Of a stretch of DNA of 64,000 bases, positions 1-13,620 are shown piece by piece (within the stretch, counting starts at the first letter, position 1; every line of letters begins with the position of its first letter). The stretch lies in NCBI RefSeq assembly GCF_009914755.1, contig NC_060942.1; one strand, 5' to 3'. A program made the position numbers and the translations under genes. The notes under the pieces are model-generated. The model was given only the letters and a program-made list of their open reading frames with translations, ran no database searches and was not told the origin of the DNA. This DNA comes from the human T2T-CHM13v2.0 reference genome, Homo sapiens.

Positions 1-464
1 TTATATGAAATCTTGGAAGACAATAAAAGGGAATTCAGACTTAGTGCCTATTCAAATCATTAGCTTAACTTTTCTTACTTAGCAGGTACATATATATGTA
101 TATATATATATATATTTATCTCCTATTAAAGATTGTGCCTTTACTTCAAGTAACTGTGAGAATTGAACAATAGCATATACCTAAGTGAATTTAGTACTAG
201 CGAGTGTTTTATCTTTTTAAAACAATAAAAATTAAGCCAAATGGCAAATAGTCAATTACGTCTACTTTAAAATTAAGCAAAAGTATATATATATGTTAAA
301 TATAAATTTAATTTGGAAGAAGACATATATATATCCTTTAAAACTAAGCAAAAGTCTATATATTGGTTAAATATGCAGAGACCAATAACAGATTTTGCTT
401 AATTTTAAAGGCTATACATATATTTACATATATTTATATATAAATATATATTATATATTATACG

Positions 465-722
465 TATAATATATAATATATATTAATAATATATTATACA
501 TTATATGTATAATATATAATATATATTAATAATATATTATACATTATATGTATAATATATAATATGTATTAATAATATATTATACATTATATGTATAATA
601 TATAATATGTATTAATAATATATTATACAATATATGTATAATATATAATATGTATTAATAATATATTATACATATATTGTATAATATATAATATATATTA
701 ATAATATATTATACATTATATG
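465..722. repeat. AT-rich minisatellite, 43-bp unit x6
   Basis: Unit TATAATATATAATATRTATTAATAATATATTATACATTATATG starts at 465, 508, 551, 594, 637 and 680, with few variant bases. Confidence 0.95.
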
Positions 723-781
723 TATAATATATGAATATATATTAATATATATTATACATATAATATATAAATATATATTTT

Positions 782-980
782 AACTTTTAGAAGCTGAAAT
801 TATCAAAGAAATAAAAATAAATATATGAAAAATATGAAGTATATTAATCTCTGGCAAGTCAATATCGAAGAGTTTAGGCTTTTGTGTATGTAATTTACAT
901 TCACATTTAAACTATTTTGTTTAGCTAGTGGTGGTTTTACACTTAGGACCCTCATTTTTACATCTTTTTTTCTGCTAATA
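782..980 (+). repeat. Near-identical copy of unique segment 2544-2746
   Basis: Manual alignment gives 8 substitutions plus one poly-T length difference over about 200 bp. Confidence 0.95.
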
Positions 981-984
981 TGTC

Positions 985-1452
985 AAAAATATATAATATA
1001 TATTTTATATATTAATATATAATACATATTTATATACAAATATATGTTATATATAAAATATATAATGTAATATATATTTTATATATTAATATAATATATA
1101 AAATATATAATGTAATATATATTTTATATATTAATATAATATATAAAATATATAATGTAATATATATTTTATATATTAATATAATATGTAAAATATATAT
1201 AATATATATAATATATATTATATTAATATATAAAATATATACAATATATATTATATATAATATATATATAATATATATAATATATATTATATATAATATA
1301 TATATAATATATATAATATATATTATATATAATATATATATAATATATATAATATATATTATATATAATATATATATAATATATATATTTCATATATATC
1401 ATATATATAATATATATATTATATATATTTTTATATATATTATATATATATA
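985..1452. repeat. AT-rich low-complexity tract with 45-bp (1050-1195) and 36-bp (~1245-1380) periodicity
   Basis: TGTAA recurs at 1066, 1111 and 1156. The 12-aa repeat of ORF 1223..1492 reflects the 36-bp unit. Confidence 0.9.
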
Positions 1453-1789
1453 CACATATGCCTCCCAAGTTTTGGTGATGGGTAATGGCCAATTATGTTG
1501 GATTAATGCAATGAGAAACACTTGGAAAGCAGAAGCAGTTTTTTAAAAAGCAATAAAAAAAATCACACTTTGTATGATTATAAAAACATATTTAAAAAGT
1601 ATCTCCTGTGTGAGTTTCTTGCATTCCTGTTCCCTACCTTGTGTATTCATTGAAGAAAAGTCTTCGTTCTCACCATTATTAAATGAAAGACGGTATTCTG
1701 TAGTGCTGAGCCAACATAAATGAATAATGAAAAATTACAGAACCAGAGACGACTTAAGTTTGTAGGAACCTTAGGGAACATCCAATTCA

Positions 1790-2015
1790 GCCTACATGGT
1801 GTAATGGTTAAGAGCAAGGGCTCTAAACTCAACTGTGTTCAAATCTTATCTTCTCTTTCCTACCTCTTTCCCTTTCAAGAGGAATACATCGTCTTTGCTT
1901 TGGCTTCATCTGTAAAATTTAGATAATCATTGTGTATAGCTTCAGAATTCTTGGGTTGCTTAAATGAGTATAGCACCAAGCATGTAGCATATATCTCATA
2001 AATGTTAGCTGCTCT
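1790..2015 (+). mobile_element. MIR SINE (diverged)
   Basis: gtaatggttaagagcaagggctct...ttcatctgtaaaat...ataaatgttagctg resembles the MIR consensus. Confidence 0.75.
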
Positions 2016-3061
2016 TGTTTTATTATTACTGTTTAACAATAATAATAACCATTGTTATTAATTGACCCTAGTAGTAAAAGGATTTAACATAGGAGGAAGC
2101 TGAATTGGGGACAAGTTAAATGGATTTTTAAAGGTCATATAGAAAGAGAGAGAAGAGTAGCTTCATTTCAAAAGCCATGTGTCATCTAAAATACATGCAT
2201 GAGAATAATTTATTTGCGTTCTCCAACTCTAACTTGTTCAGGGACCTCACCTAACTTGTGTATTCTTCTATTCCCTGGCCTGGGATATCATTGTCATATG
2301 GTAGGAGTACTAAAAATATGTATAAATGAATGAAGAGCAACTGCAGAGTAGCGCACTTGTTACAGAATGAAGAAAGTGATCAAATAAATCATGAAGTTGT
2401 ACCTTAAAAAATAAACTTAAAAAATGTAAACTTCAAATTCTCAGGATGAAAAATTATGATTTTTATAAATGTTGCAAGTTTTAGGGAAGTGAAGATAATA
2501 CAACTGAGAAATACATTAAAACTGTAAAGAAAGTAATAGTGAGAACTTTTAGAAGCTGAAATTATCAAAGCAATAAAAATAAATATATGAAAAATATGAA
2601 ATACATTAATCTCTGGCAAGTCAATATCGAAGAGTTTAGGCTTTTGTGTATGTAATTTATGTTCACATCTAAACTTTTTTGTTTAGCTAGTGGTGGTTTT
2701 ACACTTAGGACCCTTATTTTTACATCTTTTTTTTTTTCTGCTAATACATGAAAACCTGTTAATAAATTGAGCCTTTACTTCAACTAACTGTCAGAGTTCA
2801 ACAGTAGCATTTACCTAAGTATATTTAGTACTAGCAAGTGTTTTATTTATCTTTTAATACATGGAAAATGAAGCCAAGTAGCAAATAGTCAATTACATGT
2901 GTTTTAAAAGAAAGCAAAAATCTATACATTGGTTAAATTTTATGTAGTTTTTTTAAGTATCAGCAACCCTTCAGTCACAGTTAAAAGGTGGATAAAGATA
3001 TAAAAATATGAAGATATTTTTGTTATTACTTTGTTACTTTGGGCCCTACATTTTTTAATAT

Positions 3062-3364
3062 TTTTTGTTTTGTTTTGTTTTGTTTTGTTTGAGACATGGT
3101 CTAGCTCTGTTATCCAGGCTGGCATGCAGTGGTGCAATCATAGCTCACTACAACCTTGAACTCCTGGACTCAAACAATCCCCCTGTCTCAACCTTGTGAG
3201 TAGCTGGGACTGCAAGTGCACTCACCATGTCCAGCTAATTTCGAATTATTTTTGCAGAGTTGGCATCTTTCTATATTGCTCAGGCTGTTCTCGAACTCCT
3301 GGCTTCAACGAATCCTCCCAATGGGGCTTCTAAAGTATTGGGTTACAGGCCACTGAAGCTGGTC
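3062..3364 (-). mobile_element. AluJ
   Basis: (TTTTG)n tail, then gagacatggtct...atcatagctcact...ctcgaactcctggc, diverged with J-type positions. Confidence 0.92.
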
Positions 3365-4413
3365 ATAAGACTATTTTCCGTTGCCACCTAGATTACCCTA
3401 GAAATTGCAATATCAACAGGGATAAAAAATTGTTAAAAGGGATGAAAAAAGTACTTTATTATTAAATGTATAAAGATACAGATGTGTGGGTATAGAGATG
3501 TACATATACACACATATATATAAATAATATTACATAAATAGAAATACAGTGTATGTGACATAAAAATTTCATGAAATTTTCTAAACTAGTTTTAGGAAAA
3601 AAGTTGTCTAAAAAGTCTCCATGGTGCAGGAAGGATAATAAAAAAATTAGAAAAACTGATCTAAAACTTCATAGTTCAAATCTGGTCTGTACTAGTCTGT
3701 TTTGATTCAGCAAATGCATAATTTGCCTCTTAAAAAATTTGTTATGTAGTAGCTTGATTGTTCTTAACCCATCTCCACTAAGGTTTCCTATGAGTTTTCC
3801 TATGTTTAAAAACAACTAAAAGTAGAAAAAATCTGGGTTTACATCCTTGTTTTCTTTAGTTCTAGTCAACTATTCACAGCCTGTATTTTCTTTAAATCTG
3901 CACATTGAAATAATAAGAGCACCTACAAATGTTAAGAAGAACCATTAAGGTAATATAAGCCAATCTTTTAGCCCAGCATGTGGTACAGGATGTGTACTCT
4001 GGGTGAGTGTAGTCTTGACTATTATGATTGTTCTAATTTTGAGTTTGAACACTACCACTTCTATAGGGAAGCTTTAATACTCTTGTTTTTAAAGCCAAAT
4101 CTAAACAGATTTAGAACATCCACAATGAATTAAAGGTGACAGCATTTTATAATCTCCTTCTTCCCAAGCCATATTATATTTGCCATTAGTTTAATCCAAA
4201 TAAATTATAAAAAATTACACACATACTTATATATGTATGTATATGATAAATATGACAATAAATACATACATATGTATGAGACTATATATGTGCATATTTG
4301 TCATATATACATGTATATATGTATACATATATATTTGTCTTATATAAAGTTATGTAAGACAAAGATCAAAGAGATAGAACACTTCAGAGAAAAGTGATTA
4401 AAAAGAAAAATTA

Positions 4414-4709
4414 GGCCATGCACCATGGCTCATGCCTGTAATCCCAGCACTTTGGGAGGCTGAGGTGGGTGGATCTCTTGAGCTCACAAGTTAGAGACCA
4501 GACTGGGCAACATGGTGAAACCCCATCTCTGCAAAAAAATATTTAAGAATTATCCAGGCGTGGTGGTGCATGCCTGTAGTCCAGCTACTCAGGAGGCTGA
4601 GGCGGGAAGATGGCTTAAGCCCAGAAGGCAAAGGTTGCAGTAAGCCAAATTGGTACCACTGCACTCCATCCTGGAAGATAGAGCCAGATTTTATCTCAAA
4701 AAAAAAAAA
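4414..4709 (+). mobile_element. AluJ with TSD
   Basis: ggccatgcaccatggctcatgcctgtaatcccagcac...poly(A), flanked by aaaagaaaaatta / aaaggaaaaatta. Confidence 0.95.
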
Positions 4710-5718
4710 GGAAAAATTAATAATTGCCATTCAAAACAATTTCTAGGAATGCAAGGGGAAAGGATTAACTGCCTAGTTTGCAATTCAGAATAAGAGTATC
4801 CTATGGAAAGAGGTATCAATTATAATTTATTATAACAAACACTGCAAAAAAATCAAATTATTTAGTCTTGTAATTTTTTTCCAAATTATATTTACCTTTC
4901 ACACAAGTTGCAGCCAAAAAAAATCATCAGACATTTATTTATACAGCACTTGAACATTAATTCAAGTGAATGAAGTTTGAGTAAGTTTGAGTGATTGAAT
5001 GAATGAGTTAGAGTGATTGAATTGACATCAGAAATGAGAAGATATCTGCTGATATAATCGATTGCTCATTTCCTTCTCACCTCCAAGGCTGTTTGTTATA
5101 ACTAAGATTTTCATAGATTTTATTTTCTGGTAAAGTGGCATCTGAATGGTGAATAGATGGAAAATGAGAAAGATTAGGAAAACTAACTTGTAGTGCCTGA
5201 GAACAGAAACTAAACTCAGGAGAGCTGCGCTGGTGCAAAGCTGGAGATGTGTCCTTCTCGTGTACAATCCTCTATTGAATGACTTTTTTAAAAGGCAATA
5301 ATTAAATAATAATTAAGCAATAAGCCAAGAAGTCTTTTATTTAAGAGACTGAATGTTTTATGGACAGCTAAGAAAGAAAGCATTTGTTGTATACTGTTAT
5401 TAATTGTAGATTATTTGTTGTGACCAGATCAACAAAACACTATTACTGTAGGCCATTCCCCCGGGACACAAGAATGACTTTGTTATGCAAAACTTCTGTG
5501 TAAAGCTTTATACTGGAATCAGATTTTACTCCAACAGCACTTTTTTCTACATAGCTAGCAGCACAATGCCCTGCTCTCTGACCTGTACTGAAAACATGAG
5601 GAGAAAGAATACTTAACTACTTCCCTTGCTACTCTTCCGGAAAACATAAAGCTATGCTAGCAGAGCTCTGAACTAGGAGCTCTTGAGTTCCAGTTCACTA
5701 TTAACCTTAGAAAACCCA

Positions 5719-6133
5719 CGATACAGTTTTGATGCATGTCCCTGCCCAAGTCTGATGTTGACATGTAATCCCCAGTATTGGAGGTGAGTCCCAGTGGGAG
5801 ATGATTGGATCATGGGGACAAATTTCTCATTAATGGTTTAGCACCATCCCCTTGGTACAGTCCTGGAGATGGTGAGTCAGTTATCACAAGATCTGGTTGT
5901 TTAAAAGTGTTTGGGACCTCCCACCCTCTCTCTTGCTCCTGCTTTCACCATATGACCTAATTGCTCTTGTTTTGCCTTTCACCATAAGCAAAAGCTCCTT
6001 GAGTCCTTCCCAGAAGCAGATGCCACTATGCTTTCTGTACAGCCTGCAGAACCATGAGCCAATTAAGCCTCTTTTCTTATAAATTACCCAGTCTTGAGTA
6101 TTTCTTTACAGCAATGCAAAAAGGGATAATATA
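5719..6133 (+). mobile_element. MaLR solo LTR (MSTB-like) inserted in a MIR
   Basis: cgatacagttttg...cagcctgcagaaccatgagccaattaagcctc...taatata, with 5-bp TSD ACCCA (5714-5718, 6134-6138). The joined flanks read as a MIR core. Confidence 0.9.
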
Positions 6134-9100
6134 ACCCACTTACCATATTGTTTTTCAATTTCCACATCCATATAAGGTAGACAAGAATTCTTGACTTTAA
6201 AGGCTTCTAAGAGTTTTTATAAGGAGAAAAAAGCATTAAATAAAAGTAGTTTGTCTCAAAATACATAGTCATAGATATGTAAGAGTAATGGCATAATAGG
6301 ACAAGAGTACAGACCTGGTTTTTTATCTGAGTTGATATTAAAAATACTTAAAAAGAGCCATAGCTACAGTGCAGGTGAAGTGGATGCTGGGAGAGCGGTA
6401 TCAGTGGGTATCATCAGTATCCTAGCACTAGTGGGGTTTCTTTCTTTTATTTTTATTTTTTGCCATTGTAGTCAGCTCATCTAGGACACCATTGTGAACT
6501 TCCTTGAATAATCAGTCTCTCTAGACATCCCTGTCATTCTTTCTCCTTTGGGTGGGGGAGTCATCGCCTTCAGTGTCTGCCAGACAAGAGAGCTTATTAC
6601 ATTACCCTTATTAAATTTCCTCCTTTTGCTCTTCAACTCTCATTGCCCATGCTGTCTCATTTCTATCAGGCTTATAACATTTAATTTCTCCTTTCCTCTG
6701 CTATTATTGAGTCCAATTTTCATCCCAATTGTGAGGCTACAGGATGTACCTTCCTCTCCAGTGAGAGCTCTCCATGGAGGTTTTCAGAGTGACAACCAGA
6801 CTTATTAATATCATTACTGATTAATCATTTTAAGCGCAAGAAGTTTGTTGAATACTCTTGTTTGAACTTTCCAAGTATCTGTGGCTCCTGCCTTAAATGA
6901 GACATGGTTTCACTTAAAAAAAAAATCCTTTGGCCATATCTTCCCTGATCTGTGATCATCCATTGATCCTGAGTGCTATAGTAGATTGAACTATAGGCAG
7001 GTCCTTTTAGGAAACCTAAAGTAGTTCTTTCAGAAGCTTTTGATAAAGTTCAAGATCTTTGGGCTAACTTTGAGTATTCTTTGCAATCAGTTCAACCAAA
7101 CAGTAAGAATCTCTTAAGGGTATCTCTAGTTTGCCAGGATTACTTGCCACTGCCCTGCAGTGAGTACTCATTGGTTTACTTAGGATGATTCTGCAGGCTA
7201 CATTTTTCCAACCTTAGCATTTTCCCACATGATGGTTTCCTGACGTTTATGCTTTATCTCATCTCCTAAAATCCTACTTACTATCTCAGGCACTGCTGAA
7301 GTCTCCATCTTTCCCACCTAGTTGAGACATCCTCTCTCTGCCCATGTTTGTTGTACTGCCTTCAGTACCTAGTCCCTTATTTTCTTGCTACACCATATAA
7401 TTTGTCCTTTGGCATTGTTTTCCTCACTTTACCTTGTAAATTCTTTGAGGTCAGAAGACATTTAATGAAATAGTTTTTCTCCTTTCTTGCAGGTCTCATA
7501 AAGATGGGTAGATAATAGGCACAAGGATGCGAGGCACATAAAAGTGTGCAAGAAAGAGTGATCCCCAGCCCTTGTGAAGCATTTGCTTTTCCAGCTGGCT
7601 TCACACCCTTAACCACCAGATTATACTGCCCCATAATCCCTATAGGTTGATTGATTGGTTTTACTTTAAATATTTGCACATAATCAATGGGCTTCTGTAT
7701 ATCTAGAATACGAGTTTTAACTTCACATTCAAGAATATTTAATATATTCAAGAATAGATTTTAAATATTTTATTAATGCAGTGAAACTGAATGCAAAATG
7801 TTGTGTACATTTTCTTCTGTCCCTTATCCTTTGCTCCTTCCCATCCCCAAGAATTCACAGCTTCAGATATACTCTCAAAGGAGTCTATGACCTCCAGAAG
7901 ATTAGAAACCTCCACATTGAGCCTATGAGGACACTGCCAAAGCCAGTCATTTTGTAGGTAGGTAGGGGGTTGACAGGCAGCAAAATAAATTAATAAGAAC
8001 TATTCTCATCTTCTCCCAAACTCTACCCTTCTTAGTGCATTTAAACAGTTATTCGAGGAAGTGTCTATCCAGGTCTCTTACAACAGGCTTCTATAGTGGT
8101 CTAGGGAGAGCTGTTATTTGCTGCCTCACCCCTCCTATGGGAAGTCTTCCTCCCACTCCAGCCCACTGCCCAAAGCTTATCAGTAGAACTGTGCCCCAGG
8201 CTGTGTACTGGTGGAATGCAATGCCTAAAGCAAATCCAGAATTAAGGAGTTCCACAGGGAGTGGCCCTGGGGGGGGATTAAGGAAACAGGGCTTCGATTT
8301 ACCCTCAAGCAAAAATCCTGTTTCCCCCAAATCCTTCAGGGTATGTGAGTAGTGAGGATCAGTGTGAATTAGTATCTCAAAGTAAGCCTGCCAACCAGGT
8401 CCACAGTAATTGTCTTCCCTTCTTGTCTTAGAAAAAGAAAACTGAATTTCTGATTTTCTTCTCCTAAAAGTATAGCTCTCATTCTGCTCCTATCCATGTG
8501 GGCTAATGCGGCCCCAAGTTGTATTTTTTTCCTTACACCTTTGATGTTTGTCCTTCACTTGACTTCCTTCAAGGTTACCACAGACTTTCTGAGGGTCTAG
8601 GATGGGGGAGGAAGTGGATGTGTTATGTTAATATACATCTATCTCTTATCTTAGCATGGCAAATCCCAGTTCTCAAGAAGCCTCTTTCACAAGGCTTTTA
8701 AATACCCGATCTGTTCCTCTGAGGATCAGTGAATGTGAACACAGCCTTAGTCTACAAAATATGGAAGTAGGGACAAACTAAACTTTGCAAAATGTGTCCT
8801 GTTAAATTTATATGATGTTTACTAGATTTTATTCATGCCTAGCCCCATTTTTTCTCTACTTTTCAAGACTTCACCTGCTTCCTGGTCTGAAGTTTTAGGT
8901 CTCATGCAAGACCAACGGATCTTTTTACACTTTGCCACTAGCAAGGACAGAGGAGAACATTGCAACAGAACATGATGTCCTGGGTCCTGTGGTCAATATA
9001 TGTATAGTTCCCTTATATAATCAGTAGTGACAATGACTCCCAGACCCCCAAGTCCGAACACTCTAAATTCTCCAGGTGTCCTATAGTGTGATGATTTGGA

Positions 9101-9136
9101 GTCATACTGATTAAAATTCATGAGCGAGAATGTTAC

Positions 9137-9542
9137 TGCATTAGCTTGTTTTCACACTGCTATAAAAACACTACCTGAGACTAGAAAATTTACAAAGGAA
9201 AGAGGTTTAACTGACTCGCAGTTCTGCATGGCTCCAGAGGCCTCAGGAAACATACAATCATGGTGGAAGCAAAAGGGAAGCAGGCATGTGTTACGTGGTG
9301 GCAGGAGAGAGAGAAAGAGAAAGAGTGAGAGAGGGAGAGAGAAAAGGGGAAAGTGCCAGACATTTATCAAAAACAACCAGATCTTGTGAGAACTCACTCA
9401 TTATTATGAGAACAGCATGGGGGAAACTGCTCCCACATGATCCAATCACCTCCTACCAGGTCCATCCCCCAGCACATGGGGATTACAATTCAGATTACAA
9501 TTTAAGATGAGATTTGGACGGGGACACAGCCAAATCATATCA
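9137..9542 (-). mobile_element. MaLR solo LTR (THE1D/MSTA-like)
   Basis: tgcattagcttgttttcacactgctataaa...gatttggacggggacacagccaaatcatatca. Confidence 0.92.
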
Positions 9543-10459
9543 GGTATGTTTTAGAGAAAAGGGCTTTCTCTAAGAGGATGAGTTCTCACTTTTATCTATG
9601 ACAGTTATAGGTAAGCTAAACTTCAAACCAAACACTGTTCATATTTGCTTTCCCTGGTTCTTTCAAGGATTCATCTGGATATCTTGATATTGTGGTTTGA
9701 AGTATTTGCAGTCTTTTTTTCCTAAATCTCTAAAAGGCATTTTTCCACATTCAAAGATATAGAGTCATTTAAAATATGAGGAAGTTTGCATTTAGTAAGA
9801 AGGCAAAGAAAGCAAAAGTCCTGCAGTGAAATAATACTGTTGGGCTTACAAATGTGTTCTCATTGGATTTGTTTGAATTAGGATACATACATAAGTTAAA
9901 TATGAGTTAGGACATAATAATCCAATTCACTGCTACACATATCTTAAAAACAATATTTTTGACCTCAATTTATTTTTCAAGTATTTACTGAACACTTACT
10001 ATGGCTCAGCTCCAACATGTTGAAGAAATTCTAAATCTTTAGACATCAGTAGTCTTCTCAAATAGGTATCTCGCCACTTGAAGGAAATAAACTATATAAA
10101 TAAATGGCAAAGATATGTATTTTTCAGAAGAATCAAAATTACTTCCAAGAGTATAGATGTCCTAAATTCAATTTCAGCAAATTCCTGCTACATGTAAACA
10201 CATATCTTAATTTGATTTATGACCAAAATCTCAATGGCTGTAGATTCTTGGTTAATGATTATTTTATCCTGTTAAACTAACAAGGGTGACCAAATCACAG
10301 GATTTAGAAACTTTTGATAGCTTGATTTCTGACTGTAAGCTTCTACCTAAATCCTTTACAAAATTTTGGAAATAAGTAGAAGCACAAAAACAGTCATATT
10401 TAGTAGGTGATGATATGTTTGAACATATTGCCAAAATGACATTCTTTACATTTGGAGGA

Positions 10460-10878
10460 TGAGATGGTTTGGTGGTTTGTCCCCTCTAAATATAATGTTG
10501 AAATGTAATCCTTAGTGTCGAAAGTAGGGTCTGGTTGGAGGTGTTTGTGTTATGAGGATGGACCCCCCCTTGAATGGTTTAGTGCCTTCCTTGCTTTAAT
10601 GAGTTAGTTCTTGCTCTGACTTCACAAGAGATCTGGTTGTTTGAAAGAGCATGGCACCTCCCCACTCTCTCTCTTGCTTCTGCTTTCACCAGGTGATACA
10701 CTGGCTTCCCCTTTGCTTTCCACCATGATTGTAAGCTTCCTGATGCCCTCACCAGACGCAGATGCTGGAGCCGTGCTTATACATCCTATAGAACTGTGAG
10801 TCAAAATAAACATCATTTCTTTATAAATTACCTAGTTTCAGATATTCCTTTTTATCAACACAAGAATGGACTAACTCC
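10460..10878 (+). mobile_element. MaLR solo LTR (MST family)
   Basis: tgagatggtttgg...ccaccatgattgtaagcttcctga...agaactgtgagtcaaaataaa...gaatggactaa. Confidence 0.88.
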
Positions 10879-13384
10879 GAAGCATATCCTTATTCATCTC
10901 TAAGTTACCTAAATAAGAAAAAAAAAAAAAAAAGAAAGAAATCTTGATGCTCTTTCATGATTCCGTATAGCATTGAAACTAGGTAAGAATTTGAATGGAC
11001 AAATGATCAAAAACCAGAAATCAGCTGTATAATATGCAACATGTAATGGGTTCCTAGGGCAGAAAGCTCCCACTATGACTGAGGTTAAATTTCCCACCAG
11101 CATTACAAATGGTGACTTGGGATTCTTATTAACTTGAATTTTAGGGTGATAAATGCATTCTTTCCATACTGCTGAGTTTGTGGACTAAGATTATTACACT
11201 ACTTAGCTGAGTATTTCACAAATCTTTACAGATGACAAATTTCAATGCTGCTCTTGGCAGAAAAGTACTCATGTCTCAATCTTCCTGTGTCTTTAATTTC
11301 CCCCTGCCCAAACCTTCATGAATTTTTTTGATTTTTCCCTCTTCCTCTTCTAGGCTTAATATGACACAATGGTGAAGAATTTGACTATGAAAAATGTTAT
11401 AAGAGTTGCAAACCTATCTTAGGTAAAATAATAATAATAATAATTAAATTGTAGGATAACTGACAACTTCTTCTCCAACCTGGCTGCTGAACAAAATTAT
11501 CTTTAGAACAGCAAACTAGTGCTGAGGAACTTAATAGGATCTCTTCTGTAATGGCTGATAAGTAGGTGGATTCAACACAGGAATAGCAGAGTTGAGCAAA
11601 GAGGCTGTGATGCTTGGACATGGCTCCACTACTTAAGATAAAGAGAGGAGCTTGGCCATTGGCCAAGACTACCTGGGACATGCTGAACCTATGGTAACAT
11701 GCTACAGCTTCTCTCCTTCTTCATTGTCTGCCATCACTGATTCATTCTCATAGCTAGAAGCCATTTGCTAATAATTAACACAAGCCTATATTGATGTGAA
11801 CGTGGAAAATCCGAAGTTTGCTTTTTCACTCACCTTCCATTCTACAACTCCATTTGCCCTATCTTCTTGAGGTTTGTCTAGTCTGCAAATAAATTATAAA
11901 ACCTGTTTCGGGCTCTTAATGTGCCTCCATCCTTTTGATATGTACTATGGTTGGTACAAGTAAGAATGGACACTGCCCTTCATCACAGGGAAACAGAGAG
12001 TTGTATGCTCTTTACTGACATTCCTGGTGTTCATAGTGAAGCATAGATAAGCTGAAAAGTTATGCTACCTGGGGGGAGGGAGCAGAAGAGTTACAGGAGC
12101 CTGGAGGGAACAGCACTGAGCCAGGGGGTCCAGGAACCTGGTTCGAACGGGAGGAGTATTTACCTGTGGCAGCGGAGTTAGTACTACTTGGGGGAGAACT
12201 TGGAAAGATAGTGCAACACATCAAGAATAAAGAGAGAAGCAATGTGGTGCTAGAGTGGAGAGAATGAGCAATGAGTGCTGAGGCTGGGATGATCAAAAGC
12301 AAGCTGACAGGGGCCCCAAAAAAATGGGTCAAGACCAACAGTTCAGAACTAAGGCTGTGAACAGCGAGAGGGAGCCTGAGTTCTCCTTTTATGTGACTCA
12401 GTGTGTGGCCCTGGTGTGAGGCTTACAAAGATCATTAAGGGCTGAAACAAAGCAAATGTTTAATGTGTGACTAGGGAACAGTTATTACATGGCAGATAAT
12501 CATTATAAATATTAACGCACATTATTGAACTTTTGCTAAATAATTTATAGATTTATATATGTGCCCTATGTGAGATAAGCATTTTGATGATAATTAAACA
12601 ATTCAAGGACCATTGTTTATATGTGTGTTTTGTGTGTAATATTTCTCCCAGTAAGGCTTATTTACCGATCAAAAATCATATTCCTTGGATTTGTCCCAAA
12701 TTGCCTTATATTTCTCTGCAGTTCAGGGTTATTTTCTCATTCTGTTTTTGACCCTTAATATCCACACTCATGTCTGCCAGCATTTAGAATATAGGATGCT
12801 AATTGATTGATGTCTTTCAATCACAAACCTTAGGTTTTTCCTACTCTATAATTCTATTACTCCCTGAATAGTTCTGCGTTAAAAGGCCAGCAAGCAAACT
12901 CCTTGTAAAGGGCCACAGGAAATCTAGGAAGCCCTAGAGAGCTGTTTTGCATTTCTCAGTGATGTAGGTACCACCCTGTCTTAACTCCAGCTTTCTTTAA
13001 AATACTAGGTTCCATCTGGTGGTACTCCCTTTATATGGCATCACTAAACCTCCAATCATCACTTTGATATTCTTTGTTACATAAAAGTGTTTTCTTTCTC
13101 TCCATCAGTCTTAGCAAATAGGGAGTGAATTATTACATCAAAAGCATTTTTCACTTTAAAATTCAAACTACAGGGCAATCTTCATACCCTAAATCATGAA
13201 GAGCTACAAGCAATTCTGTTCACAGGTGGGGCTGCCACACTGGTTCAACCAAGTAGTGTCTTACCAACATAAGTATCATAGAGTCTCCAGGGCACTCCAC
13301 TGAATTGGGATTGTAAAATTACTTTCTCAACACCTCTGTTAGGTAGAAAGATAATATGTATGACTGGAAAGTTGAAAAATAAGA

Positions 13385-13620
13385 TGGGAAACAGCATGAG
13401 CAATATAATAGTATATGATTAATTAGCCAGGGAGACCTATGAGCAATAGGTCTTGCAGTTTAGAGGAGAGATTAATCAGGACAGAGGTAAATTGGAAAGG
13501 CTCATTGGAGAGGATAGCATGGGAAAAGGTCTTAAAAATAATGAGAATTGTTAATAGTAAAGAGGTAGAAGGGAAGCATTCTTGAAGAGAAGAGCAGGTG
13601 GCATTAAAGTTGAAGAAAAT
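13385..13620 (-). mobile_element. L2 LINE fragment
   Basis: Purine-rich ggaaaggctcattggagaggatagcatggg...gggaagcattc, typical of antisense L2. Confidence 0.5.

Noticed and set aside
465-722. CRISPR-like regular array
   Set aside because: The units are contiguous with no unique spacers, no cas genes are present, and the DNA is primate. It is a minisatellite.
1223-1492. 89-aa Ile/Tyr-repeat ORF
   Set aside because: It is a translation of the AT tandem repeat.
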